Of a stretch of DNA of 64,000 bases, positions 14,364-26,690 are shown piece after piece. The notes beneath the pieces were generated by a model. The model made no database searches. It saw only the letters and a program-made list of their open reading frames with translations, and was not told the origin of the DNA. A program made the position numbers and the translations under genes. Numbering within the stretch: position 1 is the stretch's first letter; the number at the start of each line of letters is the position of its first letter. This stretch comes from Marsupella aquatica (Eukaryota > Plantae > Marchantiophyta): positions 20,533,292 through 20,597,291 of the forward strand of contig OZ316898.1 of assembly GCA_973895155.1 (NCBI GenBank). Reading direction: 5' to 3'.

Positions 14364-15019
14364 CTCCAGTATGTAAGAAAGATGATCTCATCGAAAACAT
14401 CGTTGGTGGTCAAATCTCATTTCGCTACTGCAAAACAGCCTCTAACAATAGTGTACCGAATTTTTTTGTTTTCATATCTAGGACGAACCATGCGTCCCAT
14501 GAATTCAAAGATCACTGTGGCCAAAAGAAAGCAGAAAGCAAAGAGAATAAACCCATGGGGCCAGAGAAAATAGGGCACTTCGGAACAAACCGCGGGCCTG
14601 AGTAGTGGGTTCAGGGTTAGTTTTGATCAGGTTATGGGACCTAGTTATCAATTAAAAATTTGTGGGGAAACAACATTGAACTGCTCCATAAGGCAAAGGT
14701 TACAGCCTCATAGCACAATTATATCATTTTTTGTTCCCTCTCGGTTAGCTGCAACCCTGAATGCAGCAGTCACTACCACAACCGGCCCAAAAGCCCATGC
14801 TAGCTCATGTGCCATCAATTGTAGTTTTAGGGATGACTAGATTTGATGATCTGGGGATTTGCGCCTGAACTTACCAGAAAAAGGTTAAGGTCATTGGAGT
14901 TGAGCCTGCAAGCTTTCCTTATTGGAGTTGAACTTTGGCTCCCACAACTTTTATAGGAGTTCCCATAACCCCTGAATTACTGGAAAATGTTTTTTAGACA
15001 GGAATATAGCCCGGGTGCA

Positions 15020-15035
15020 TTAGAGCATCTCCAAC
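15020..15035. mobile_element. Lone PIF/Harbinger (Tourist-like) MITE terminus
   Basis: TTA followed by GAGCATCTCCAAC, a common Tourist-type TIR start with a TTA/TAA target site. I did not find the matching TTGGAGATGCTC end. Confidence 0.3.
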
Positions 15036-15204
15036 CTTCCTAGGTTTGGGTGGTCTCTTATCTTAATCTATTTCATTCACTCTAATAGCATTCATGGCCA
15101 ACTGAAACTCAGCCCAACTGGATAATTTTCCTAAAACAGTACCATTGTACAGGTAGATTAAAATTTTGAGAACCCAACAACGAACCTGTACCTGTGCGTT
15201 GCAC

Positions 15205-15830
15205 AAAAGATGTCGAGGTGAAAAAAGATGTCGATGAGAGAAAGAGATGTCGAGGTGAGGAAAAGAAGTCGAGGTGAGAAACAGATGTCAAGGAGAGAAA
15301 AGATGGCAAGGTAAGGAAGAGATGTAAAGATGAGAAAAACATGTCAAGGGTGAAGGAAGATGGTGTGGTGAGATAAATATATAAAGGTGAGAAAAAGGTA
15401 ACATGTCAAGGTGAGAAAAGATGTTGAGGTGAGAAGATGTTGAGGTGAGAAAAGCACTAGCCTGACTACCCGTTCCTTGAACGTAAATAGAATTGAAAGC
15501 AAAAATAAATAAATAAATCTATACTCTTCCGTTATCTTTGCATACCTATTTTTTGGTGCACCTTTTACATTTGTCTTTTTCAGAGTCATTATACATTTTG
15601 TCCTTATTTGAGTTACGGTCTAGAGGCTTCAATCTAGACTGTAGCCCTTAAAAGTAGCTTCTGTGCTATTATATAGTAAAATGTAGAGGGTGAAGGAAAG
15701 ATGTTGTCTTGAGATAAAGATGTCAACTGAAGGTGAGAAAAGATATCGAGGTGAGAAAAGACATCAAGGTGAGGGAAAAGATGTCAAGCCAGGTGAGAAA
15801 ATATGTGAGGAGAAAAAAATGTCAAAGGTT
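15205..15830. repeat. Two blocks of degenerate ~18-20 bp purine-rich tandem repeats (consensus approx. AAAGATGTCGAGGTGAGAA)
   Basis: More than 10 imperfect units at ~15205-15452 and about 6-7 at ~15687-15830. Confidence 0.7.
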
Positions 15831-17778
15831 TTATTTATACTCAAGGTTTTTCAAAAAATTGAAGTAATATCCAATTCATTAAATTTTAATTAATTGCATT
15901 AATCTCAGTCAGGTTTGGGCAGGCTCCAGGCAGCTTAGGCAGAGGCAGCTGAGATTAAAAGGGGTATGGATGGATCTGACGGTGTCACAAACAATTTTTT
16001 AATGAAGGGCTAAGATTGGTTCCCACTTTTTCTTGAGTTTATAAAAGGACTATTTCTGGTGGGATAGGGTATTATAGTGGTAGATCTCTTTCCCCCTCCA
16101 CTTTTTAATCTTTAGTGCCCTCCCCCACACCCTCTTGCCCACCCTTTATTGTTGCCACCCTCTCCTCCTGCTCACCACATGCTACATGAAGCCTCAAGGA
16201 GGGCACATCAAGGAGGGAGGAGGCACAGATGGGGAGCCCAGGTGTACATGGCATTGCTGCAGCCGTGTTTATAGCAAAAAATGTGTCATTATTCTGGGCA
16301 AGTTTTATTGCGGAAATCTTGGCAGAAGGTGTTGTCATTTTGGTCAGGATGTTGTGATGGAAGTGTTGTAAGTTGTTTGGACCAGGTTGTTATTGAAGAA
16401 TTATTGACATTTTGACCAGGTTATTATTGCAAAAGTGTTGATATTTCAGCTAGGTTGTCGTGTGGCCAGGTTGCTATTGCAAAAGGAATGAAGGTTTTGA
16501 AGAAACAATGATCAATGAAGATTTTTGAGAGGAGAACGGGGAATCTAATGGGAATAGCCAAAGAACAAGAAAATTGGGATGGCAAGGGTAAAAAAAGAAA
16601 CACAGTTGGTAGAAACAAAGCTAAAGAAGGGCAAGATTGGGACCCAAATAAAAGTCCAAACATGGGAGAAAAACCTAGATTAAAAAGGGTAGGGCCCCAC
16701 AAAAATGACCATTATAACACTGAGTATAACACCCCCCCTCCAAACAAGAAAGATCTTGATAAAGAAATCTCTAGGATTAACATGAAAGAATTAAAAAAAT
16801 CTCGAGGGGGTCACTTCCATGGAAGTGGCACGTCACGTGCAACGAAGTATAGGCCCATTTAAATGGGTGTGACAAAAGACTTCAAAATTTTAGTGGAAGA
16901 ACACATAGGGCATGTTTTATTGATTGGTCGACTTTAAAGAACACATAGGCCTATTTAATTGTAAAAACACTTTATTAAAATTTTTTAGGGGTTTTTTTAG
17001 TAAAAATGACAAAATATAAAGAAAGAAAGGGTTTTGCACAAAAATATTTCTCACTTATAAGTTAGGGGGGTCAAACCCTAAAATGTCGCACGTGATGTAT
17101 GATCCTCCATATAGTGACCCCCCAGAAAGAAATGGTCCCCTTTCAATCCATGAAAATTCCCCAAGTCATGCGGGAAGTCACGTCTCCCCAAACAGCCACC
17201 TTCAATCCAAAACTCGTGAATCAATGTGCTCCTTCCTTCCCTATTTAATGTGGCATGCCTCTATACATACCCCTGTTATTTGCAGATATGACGTGGGCCC
17301 ATTTGGTGCCCCTTGACTTTCCATACCTATTTCACTTCATATTGTCATTGTCATGCCTGGCAAGCCAACGTCAATTCTTAAAATGCCTCAGGGTTTGAGT
17401 CTTGGCTGGGCACATGCAACACTTCTCCCAAGGCCTTCCTTACTACCTTTTGCTAGATCTAATGGTTCAGAATATATATATTTTGATTTAGATCCTGTGG
17501 CTATATTGAGTCCCTGCTTTTTCTGTTTTCATGTAGGGACCATGAGAGTGGAAAGGCGGGATAGCATATTATAGTTGTAGATGCTTGAATGAATGACAAT
17601 ACACGGACAGAGTGACGCATCAGCCTCCAACCATCAATGGGGGATCTATGGACCATGGTGGGACATGGCATGTTGCAATAGAGACGATGGTCCAGTTGCC
17701 AACTTGTTGGCTGCGCAGTGGGTCCATTCTAGTTGAAACCAAGAGAAGGTTGTCTACATTGTGGGACCTTCTTAAATT

Positions 17779-18150
17779 ATGGTGCATTGGCCGCAGAAGG
17801 CCCGGCAGAAGGTGTATTGGCCGGAATGTGTATTATTGGATTTAGGAGCACAAGTGTTGATGTTCTGGAAGGCTGCATTTGCAGAATTGAGTCTGAAGGG
17901 TTTGGATGAGGAGAAGTGTCCATCTTTGATTCAGACTTCTGTAGACAACTACAGAACAGGCTTTCTAACTTGTGTTCCATTGGTGCTTACCTTGGTACCT
18001 GGATATTAGAGTGATGAATCACAATTGTAGGTTTATGACTCGGTGACCAGAGTGAAGCCATATGAAGTGTTGCTGGGTAGTACTCTGTTGGATCCAATAG
18101 GTTTTACCTTGGACTACAGGAGTGAGAAAGTTGCCTTTTGTCCTTGTTAC
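17779..18150 (+). mobile_element. Degraded retropepsin-like (LTR retrotransposon protease) remnant
   Basis: VLLDLGAQ resembles the LLDSGA active-site motif. After a stop, YEVLLGSTLLDPIGFTLDYRSEKVAF resembles the YDVILG..L...G..LD motif of Ty3/gypsy proteases. Confidence 0.45.
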
Positions 18151-21100
18151 CTTTCTGGTGATGGATGTGTTAGTAGGTACCAGCTCTTGACCAAGTGATG
18201 GAGTTGCTATCTATGCAACATTTTTCTGTGGTGTTGGATGTCACATGGCTTGGGGATTGGAGGGAAATGCGTGGGGATTGGAGGGCAATGCTTGTGCAAG
18301 TGAGATTCCGTTGGAGGAGTATCCCATAGTGAATCATGGCATTATGTGTGCTCTCATAGCTGAGCCGCCTGAGGAGAATACCGGCAGTGTTATTTGTATG
18401 ACACCTTTGGATGCCACACCTACTGTGTACCAAGGAGGGCATTTGGGTGCTGGACTTGTTTGGAGGCAAACACCCACTGTGTGATAGATACCCAAGGAGG
18501 GCATTTGGGTGCTGGATTTCTTTGGAGGTATTAGTATTGGATTGGCTGCAAACCTGCAAATTGGCATTAGGGTGTACAAGTACTTATTTGTTGAACGGGA
18601 TGATGCTTCTAGGAGAGGTCTCTATTGCCATGCTGCACAGCTCAGGTAGAGAATTGCTGCCCATGTCTATGGTCCACATATTGGTGCTAGGAGATATCTT
18701 GTTGTTGGGGGCACATGATTTGGATTGGGTTAGTAAGATCTATTTAGTGATTGCTAGATGGCCATGTCAAGGCCACTCCATGGTAGGTACCATAGGTAGG
18801 TTGACAGACAATTGGTCTGAGGTTATTGGTGTGATAGAGTGTTTGCATGAACATCAGTTTCATTCTCCTATGTACATTCTGGAGAATGTGGCCTTGTTGG
18901 GTGATTCTCGCTCTAGAATAGTGGCGACTTTGCATAGTGTTGGGGGTTAGGCTTGCTAGCTATGTTCTGTTCAGGGTCCATGGTTGTAACCCCAGTGGGC
19001 TCACTGCCCAGGGGGATTACAATGCAAACTAAGCACCTCTAGGCCATGTGTTACCATCACTATGTAGAATAATTATGCTCCATCACTCCACCACATTGTT
19101 GAACAGTAGTATATATCACAGCGCCAAGAACAAAAAAAATGCCAAACCAAGAGATAGGATCACCAATGAAGGGGAGAACACGTTCAAGAGGAAATCCACA
19201 AAGACCAAAGAGTCCAAAAGGCCACAAGTCCTCTACAACAGCAAAGTAACTAGTAAGCCCAACTGAACTAAAAACATGCAGGGTCTGGAGTAAGTTGGGG
19301 ACTGGGCTGGGCCATGCTGGAAGGCTTTGTCAATGTCCCATTTATCCATTGAGGCTCATGAGATGTGTCTCCTTGGTGGTCAAAATATCACTAGATTCTA
19401 ACTCTCTTAAAAGTCTTGGCCACTCTTGGCTAAACTCACTAGGTTTCTTGTCTTCCATGAGCCAGTTTCCCACCTAGACACATTCTCCATTACCCAGAAT
19501 CTGGCTGTTATTCTAAATCTAGGGAATTTGGACAGTCAGAAATCAGTCTAGAAAATGTAGAATAGGAATATTCTTAGAAAATTCTCCTTCAGACACATCC
19601 TGCCAAAAAAGTAAAAAACCTTGAAAATTACACTGCCAATGAGGGTTGCTAGTTGTAAGGGTATAATTGCCAGCTTGCAAACAGGAATATAACTTCACTA
19701 GCAAACTTAGTCCTTTGCTAGCCAAAACTAGGTTTTTAGTATCTCAAATTTTGTGTCATTTTTCATGAATCCCAATTTTTGGACTTCTCTTTTGGATAGC
19801 AAATTCACTAGCCCTAGAGTCTTAGAATCAACCACTACATGAATCATGCCACAAATTTTAGTATATATCTGGCGCCGGAGACATTTCTGCCTCGAAAGAC
19901 TGGGTTTGAAGCCTTGGGGGGACACTTAGTACCAAATGCTTGGCAATCCTGTGTGGAAATGATTTATGATTTTGTGCTTAACTTGGTGAACGAACACAAT
20001 CTCTCCAATGGTCTGTTTACAAACTTGAAAAAAGAGGGAACAAGATGAGGGGATATCTTTCCTTCTATAATAGGGTACAAGGTATATGTGCCAACTATAC
20101 TATACTATACTCTAGTACATAGGGTACTTTTTGGCATGCACTAGTACACGGAAGTACAATGGATATGAGAGATTTCTGGTTTTAGGCTGTGAAGGAATGC
20201 AATTTTTAACTTTTTGGGTTAATTATATTCTTCCCTCTGACCATGTCTCTTTCCTCTTTATAATCATGTTGGAGGAAGGAACGGGGAATGGGGGAAGGGG
20301 GGAGAGGGAGAGTGAGAGAGGACAGACAGGGATGGGGCAGGGGAGAAAAAATGGAAAAAAATGAAACAAAGAAAAATATTCTCCCTCAATGTAGCACCGT
20401 GCGATTGCATCTGGACCCTGCACTGCCCCGGCCTTTGTTGCCTGTCTTACGCTCCCCCTGCCCTCCTCAACAACATCATTTTTGCAAGAACAATATTCAC
20501 AAAAATGACAACAGTTTTACAAAAACAACCACCCAATTGAAGTAATGATACTTCTACAATCATTTCTGCAATCACAATGCAACATAGACACAACCGGAAC
20601 AACTACATTCATTTGTTTCAATATCTCAACTGCATTTCTTTGCCTACATGCGAACAACAACATGGATGGAATGACAATCATCCAACTTAGGGTGGCTTTC
20701 CAAGACATTGGAAGCAGTTTACACAATGTTTTTGTCTTCAAGATCTGATCAGGGCCATCTGTTGAGGAGCTACTATTCACTGTTTTGTCCTAGATTTTAG
20801 ATCACCTCTGTTGGAGGTCCCTTCTTCTGGCCCCTTGGTCCTTCCTATTTGAAGTCATTTGCATTAAAAGGGGATACACAAGTCCTTCATATGATTTTCT
20901 CTTGTCAGAGCTAGAAAGACTTTAGCCAAAGAACTAGTGACATTAAGGTGGAGTGAGTCCTTAATGTGTCTTTTTGCAAATAATCTAGCAAATTGATCTA
21001 GCACCACTAGCTGCACTTTGCTTTACAAGACCTTGGGGCCATAAAAGGATTCCAAAAATGCTTTTATCTGGGACACTATATTTAGTGTGTGAAATGTCTC

Positions 21101-21350
21101 TCCAGTTTGCTTTGGTGAGAAAATCTCCCAAATGCTCCCAACCTCTTGTGAAGTCATCCTTAGTCATCCTTAGGGTATTACCAACCTCTTGTAAAGTCAT
21201 TCTTAGGGTACTAAGCTAATGCACAATCAATACAAAAGTCAGCTAAAATCAAAAGCCAAAAAGAACCAATGGTGTGATTCACTAGCAATAACCTTCCTCC
21301 CTAGTGCTTTTTTGAACCCTCCTAGTTTGTAATTTGTAATAATAATAATT

Positions 21351-21478
21351 GCCCAGAGAGGCATGGCTGTACGGTAACTCACTTGAATGAAGACTGATAG
21401 GTCATGGGTTCAACTCTTGTGACCCACTATTCCATTTCCGTGGGGTTTCACAGAATTCGCCTTTAAAACAATAAAAAG
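21351..21478 (+). mobile_element. tRNA-derived SINE, copy 1
   Basis: A-box-like TGGCTGTACGGT, B-box-like GGGTTCAACTC and an A-rich tail. Colinear with the copy at 44204-44376 (shared CTCACTTGA, AGACTGATAGGT, GTGGGGTTTCACA, CCTTTAAAA). Confidence 0.7.
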
Positions 21479-22954
21479 AATAATAAGGTCGTCTCGTGTA
21501 GTCTCGTGTGGGTGTGGCGGGGTGTTGTACTGTCGGTGTTGCTGCGAAGCAATCGGTCGATTCTCTTCAGGCTGCATCGAGCCAACAAGCCCCATGCGCC
21601 TTACAGTTCCCAGAATGCGTCCCGTACTTCCCTCGTAACATATTGAGCAAAGGTCTTTCTTTCTTTGGTACTGCGGAGCGTGCGTTTACCTCGGCTTTCC
21701 CCAGATCGCCGATCTGCGAGAACGTTGCGCGTTAGGGCAGGATTTCGTAGAGGGGGAGTGCTAGAGGCTGGGCGAGTTCGAGAAAGGGATCGGTACATTT
21801 TACCTTTAACGTCTGTGATCGAGGGATAGGTTGCTTGACAGATTTATGGGTTGATCGATCGGTCGATTATCTCGAGGTATCTCCTGTCGGTCGAGATTCT
21901 TGCCGTTCGTGTCCCTGCTGTACGTCGTGGTTCGTCGTGTGAGGGGGGACGAATTTAGAGGAACGGACGCCATTCTCGTTCCAATGATGGCGCTGTCCTC
22001 CTTTCTCTTGTTCTGTGTCCGTCGTTGAGCCCTCTATCTGTTGGTTCCCGTGTCCTTTCTGCTTATTTTCCTTCCCGCCCTTCTCGTTCAGTGTTATCGA
22101 GGATTTTGATAGTTATGTTGCGAGGGTTTTATACTCCCTTAACTATTTCTGAATTGGTTCTCTAGCGTTCCCGTCTTTGCTTGTCAGGGCTTGTGCTACA
22201 GTTTTTCTAGATTGCGATCCATATTTTGGATGAAGCAGGTAGCTTGCTAGCCCTAGTTTTCTCTCTTATCGGGGATAGGTCATTTTTCTGGAAGAATTCT
22301 TTCTGTGTTGTATCCACCGTATCTGTTTGGGAATGTGCTTCAGAAGTTCTTCGGGTCGGAAGTGCTGATAGGCTCTATTCAGACAAACCTGATGATTGAT
22401 AGTTTCTCTTGAGCTTTAGAATTTTTCACTGGTGGAGGGGTGTGTCGTGTGTCCTTGTGGCACTGCCAACGATCCCATCATTCTTTTGTGAGCGGTTCTC
22501 TTGCGCGCATGCGCAAGGTCGAGGACTTACCGGAGTTCGAATTGGCAATGTTGTTAGGAATACTTGTACTCTTTACTCTTTCTTCTGCTTCGGAGTACTA
22601 CCTCTGAGGTTTCTTTTGCGACTCTGTGGTTGGATTCCTCTCGACAAGGCAGGAGATCTAAATTCGAATTTGGAAGGCCCGCGAGGAGGAGCTTACATTT
22701 TACTCAAAGTACTATTGTCATTATTGTATCGTCAACCAATTTGGTTGGGCGTATCCTCTTCTTAGAAGATTGTCTCTCAGAAATTTGCCTTCCGGATAGA
22801 AAATCTCCGACAAGTTTGCAAAAGAAAGGACAAGTTCTGTTATTACTTTAAGAGCTGTTGTTTAATCTGAGGGTCGGCATCCAATTAAGGCATCCAGGCA
22901 CTTGAGGTTATATTTTAAAATTGACAGAGGCAAGAGTTGCAGGCCACCTAGCTT

Positions 22955-24865
22955 ATGGACTTGGGATCTCATGAGGCATGGAAAGGTGCAGATGGTGCAG
23001 CTGATGCTGCCTGGAACGATACTGGATCGTCCCCTTCCCCATCTACCAAATTCGCTACGGTAATCTCCGCAGGCAGTCCGTTGATTCGTGGCTCCGGTTC
23101 AAGGCAGGCCAAAGGTGGTAATAACTCAGGTAGCAGCAGTTCTCGAGGGAGTTCACAGACCAAAGGCGGGCCTCCCTCCCTCCCTCCAACGTCCCAAGAT
23201 GGTACAATGGGATGCGTCCTGTTAGAGGTTCCTCCTGCCCTGATTCTTGAAATCTTCACCTATCTGGATGCTCGCGAGCTGTGTATTGTAGCTTGTGTGT
23301 GTTCTCTGTTCCGTCGTCTCGCCTCTGATAGCCATGGCTGGAAGGACTTTTATTGCGACCGCTGGGGTCTCCCAGCCTCGTCCGGCAGCAAAGAATCATC
23401 CTTGGCCATTCTGGGAAGGCACTGGAAGGAGCTTTATGTGGCAAAGGAGGTACGAAGTAAGTCAATGATGTTAAGATTCAGCATGGACATGCTCCACGGT
23501 CACACAGACAAAGTTAGGGCTGTGCGGCTGCTCCCAGCAGCCAACCTGATTTGCACTGGAGGCTATGATAAAACTGTTCGTCTCTGGAATCTCGAGGAGG
23601 GACTCCCCGTCGCAATGTCGAGGTCCTTGGGGGATACCATTCGTGCCATTGCTGTAGACATGACCATGCTGGTTGTAGCAGGCTCTGATTCTGTGTTACG
23701 AGTGTGGCGTGCAAGCCCTGGGTGCCCACATTTGTTTGACGTGGGTGGGTTGTGGAATCCCATTCCCGGTAGGGGGCCTGAAACTGCGCTGTTGTATGGG
23801 CACACCGGCCCTGTCACCTGCCTTGGCCTGGATGAACTCAACATCTACAGTGGCTCCTGGGATATGTCCATCAAGGTTTGGAGTCGCACCACGTTGAAGT
23901 GCTCTCGCAACTTGAGGCACATGGATTGGGTTTGGTCCCTCGTGGTCCGTCGGGGACGAGTGTTGAGCACTGCGGGGAGTGATGTATATACTTGGGATGC
24001 AGAGACAGGCAAGCAGGTGAGAGTTCGCACGGGTGTACACTCAGGCCAAGCTTATGCTGTGGAGGGAACGAGGTCAGGTCACATTGTGTTCACCGGTGGT
24101 GAGGACGGAGGAGTCAGAATGTTCGATGACCGAATCTCGAGAAGGAAATCCTCTCTGGCAGACCTGGGCGAGGATAGTGGTGCTGCTGGGCTTGCTGGCT
24201 TGAGAGAAGCTGTTGCGTCTTGGAATCCTCACAGCTCTGCTGTCTACTCCTTGGCCTTCGACGATCCATGGCTTGTTTCAGCTTCCGGAGATGGTTCTCT
24301 TGCCATGATGGATGTGCGACAAATCATGAAGCGGGCCAGTGGTGCCTCGAAGCCTTCTGTAGGGGGAAATTCTAAGTGGCGTCGTTCCGGTCAGTATCTG
24401 GTGTCCAAGGAAGGTGAGACGGCTCAAAGGAGGCTTGCCGGCTTTCACCACAGCGCTTATAGCGTAGATTTGGGAGCTGATCGTGTTGTCAGTGGCGGAG
24501 AGGAAAAGATTGTCCGCATTTGGGACTTCTCACAAGCCTTAGAAATAGAGAGAAGGGTGCAGGCTTCGAAGAGTAGCCAAATTGAACACCGAGTCAGGAG
24601 AAAGCAGCAGTACCTGGCTGTGGACGCGAAGGGGAAGGATACTGATGATTGTCTGACTGACGAAGAAATAGATCTAGGTGGGGACACAGCTTTCCGCAAG
24701 CCTGCCGGGAGGGGCCGTACAGTGAAAAACAAAGGCCCAAAAGATGTTAACAATTTGACTCTACAAAAGGGAACGAGGGGGAAGAGTCCAATGCATACAG
24801 GGCCAGTTCGTGAATTCATGAGGACTAGAGCAAGGTATGTGGACTCTGTATCCGTGCCTTCTTGA
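22955..24865 (+). CDS. FBX2: F-box/WD40-repeat protein (FBX2/At5g21040-like), intronless CDS, 636 aa
   Basis: F-box (VPPALILEIFTYLDARELCIVACVCSLFR) followed by WD40 repeats (GHTDKVRAV...GGYDKTVRLWNLEEG; GHTGPVTCL...SGSWDMSIKVW; FTGGEDGGVRMFD; PWLVSASGDGSLAMMDVR; VSGGEEKIVRIWDFS). These match my recollection of Arabidopsis At5g21040. Probable 5'-UTR intron acceptor TTGACAG ending at 22927. Confidence 0.9.
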   Translation: MDLGSHEAWKGADGAADAAWNDTGSSPSPSTKFATVISAGSPLIRGSGSRQAKGGNNSGSSSSRGSSQTKGGPPSLPPTSQDGTMGCVLLEVPPALILEIFTYLDARELCIVACVCSLFRRLASDSHGWKDFYCDRWGLPASSGSKESSLAILGRHWKELYVAKEVRSKSMMLRFSMDMLHGHTDKVRAVRLLPAANLICTGGYDKTVRLWNLEEGLPVAMSRSLGDTIRAIAVDMTMLVVAGSDSVLRVWRASPGCPHLFDVGGLWNPIPGRGPETALLYGHTGPVTCLGLDELNIYSGSWDMSIKVWSRTTLKCSRNLRHMDWVWSLVVRRGRVLSTAGSDVYTWDAETGKQVRVRTGVHSGQAYAVEGTRSGHIVFTGGEDGGVRMFDDRISRRKSSLADLGEDSGAAGLAGLREAVASWNPHSSAVYSLAFDDPWLVSASGDGSLAMMDVRQIMKRASGASKPSVGGNSKWRRSGQYLVSKEGETAQRRLAGFHHSAYSVDLGADRVVSGGEEKIVRIWDFSQALEIERRVQASKSSQIEHRVRRKQQYLAVDAKGKDTDDCLTDEEIDLGGDTAFRKPAGRGRTVKNKGPKDVNNLTLQKGTRGKSPMHTGPVREFMRTRARYVDSVSVPS

Positions 24866-26106
24866 TTTGTCTCCCTATAGGCTCCTGCAGCAGCATACCC
24901 CGGCTTTTGTTCGAATGGCTACAGCTCCTGTTACTGCAATTCTGGTCGGTGAAGCAGGTACCTACAATGAATCTAAAATCAAACTATTGTTTCAGTCGAA
25001 GATTTTCAAGCTCATTTTGTACATTTGCCTCTCATGTACATTGGAACCGTTCAAATGTCACTGGCGTTTGACAATGCCGTAATTCTTTATTGGATGAGGC
25101 CAAACTTTGTGAAATATTCACATTTCAATGCCTTCTCAATTGTGTAACGTTCAACTTGTGTTTACTGGACTATATTTCCCAACTTACGTGGGGCAGATTT
25201 TTAACGAGAGGGGTCAGGAGCGAATTAAACACACGCCTGAGTAAGCATGATATAAATTTTCTTCTGTGGTCAGATATTGAAAAAGGCTCTTTTCTTTTTC
25301 AGAAGACAAGAAAAGTGTACACCACAGACAATAATGGCCGATAGCCTTTTCACAGTGAATATCTGTTACAGATTTCAAATTTTTGTCCAAAGAGTCTTTT
25401 GATTCGTTTCTTGGAGTTCTGCATTGCTTGTTTGGGACAAAGTTTGACCTTCCGAGAAGCGGACCGTGGGATTCCAGATCTGATGAACTCACAGTAGAAG
25501 AACTTGGGCCCTGACTAACCGTCGGTTTTGGAGGCCTCCATGAAAAGATGCACTGCAGAGTAAGAAATATTGAAATGCTATTTTGTGAACAAAGCAGTTG
25601 ATTCCTATGTTCTCACCTATCTCTCTTGGGTGAAGTAGTCGTTTCGGACTACGGATCAGCAAACTTTCTACAACTCAATGGTCAGCTCGTCAATTCTCTT
25701 TCACATATGGAGAACATTGTTGTTTCCTTGTCACCTCTTAACCCGCAAACCTCTAGGAAGGGCTCATTTGATTTTTCATGGATTATTGTCCAGACACAGG
25801 CAAGGAACTCAGCTCGACAGACCAAAACTAAGTTAACACAAGAGAAGTATATTAGCTAAGAGGTCGATCAGCACCTGTGTACAGAAAGAAGTTCACAACT
25901 CCAGCGGTATCCAGTGTAAGCAATGAATATGGATATGCTGCCAAAACCAGCAATTGAAACTTAAACGAATGTTGCTCTTGATTTCTAGTGGGCAATCGGA
26001 CGTCTGCTGCTGCAAATATTATTTGACTGATTCTAGGGGTCAGGTTAGTCATAGTCTTCGTGACCTACCATGAGTGTCGGACATGAGAGTTTCTTATCCT
26101 TGCTGG

Positions 26107-26690
26107 TAATCACACATCAAAATGTGGTTTCATTCATTGATTGAAAGAAAAAAACCCTGCAGGTAATCACACATTAAAATGTGACTTCATTGATTGAAAG
26201 AAAAGAACTAGGGTTATCATGGTAAGGGGTGCACATATCAAAATGTGATTTCATTCATTGATTGAAAGAAAAAAACTAGGGTACATAAGCAAATCACACA
26301 TCAAAATGTGGTTTCATTGATTGAAAGAAAAAAATTAGGATTATCAGGGTATACAGGGGTGCACACATCAAAATGTGACTTCGTTCAGGTGCACACATCA
26401 AAATGTGATTCATTCATTGCTTGAAAGAAAAAAACTAGGGATCAAAATGTGATTCATTCATTGCTTGAAAGAAAAAAACTAGGGTTATCATGGTATAGAG
26501 GGGTGTCAGACATAGTATATATCATATTTTGATGTGCACACATCAAAATGTGACTTCATTCAGGTGCACACATCAAAATGTGATTCATTCATTGATTGAA
26601 AGAAAAAAACTAGGGTTATCATGGTATGCAGGGGTGTCCGATATAGTATATGTGATATTTTTATAGTATATGTGATATTTTGATGTGCAT
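26107..26690. repeat. Degenerate minisatellite, ~9 copies of core CACACATCAAAATGTGA(C/T)TTCATTCATTGATTGAAAGAAAAAAACTAGGG, with two short inverted copies
   Basis: Core recurs every ~30-95 bp. Inverted TTTGATGTGCA occurs near 26528 and 26679. Confidence 0.85.

Noticed and set aside
22969-24819. Antisense and alternate-frame ORFs overlapping the FBX2-like gene (likewise over PRP38B, FUT and the TE genes)
   Set aside because: Shadow ORFs of GC-rich coding sequence with no independent motifs.
26107-26690. CRISPR-like repeat/spacer appearance
   Set aside because: Eukaryotic context, no cas genes, and the linkers are related to each other and irregular in length.
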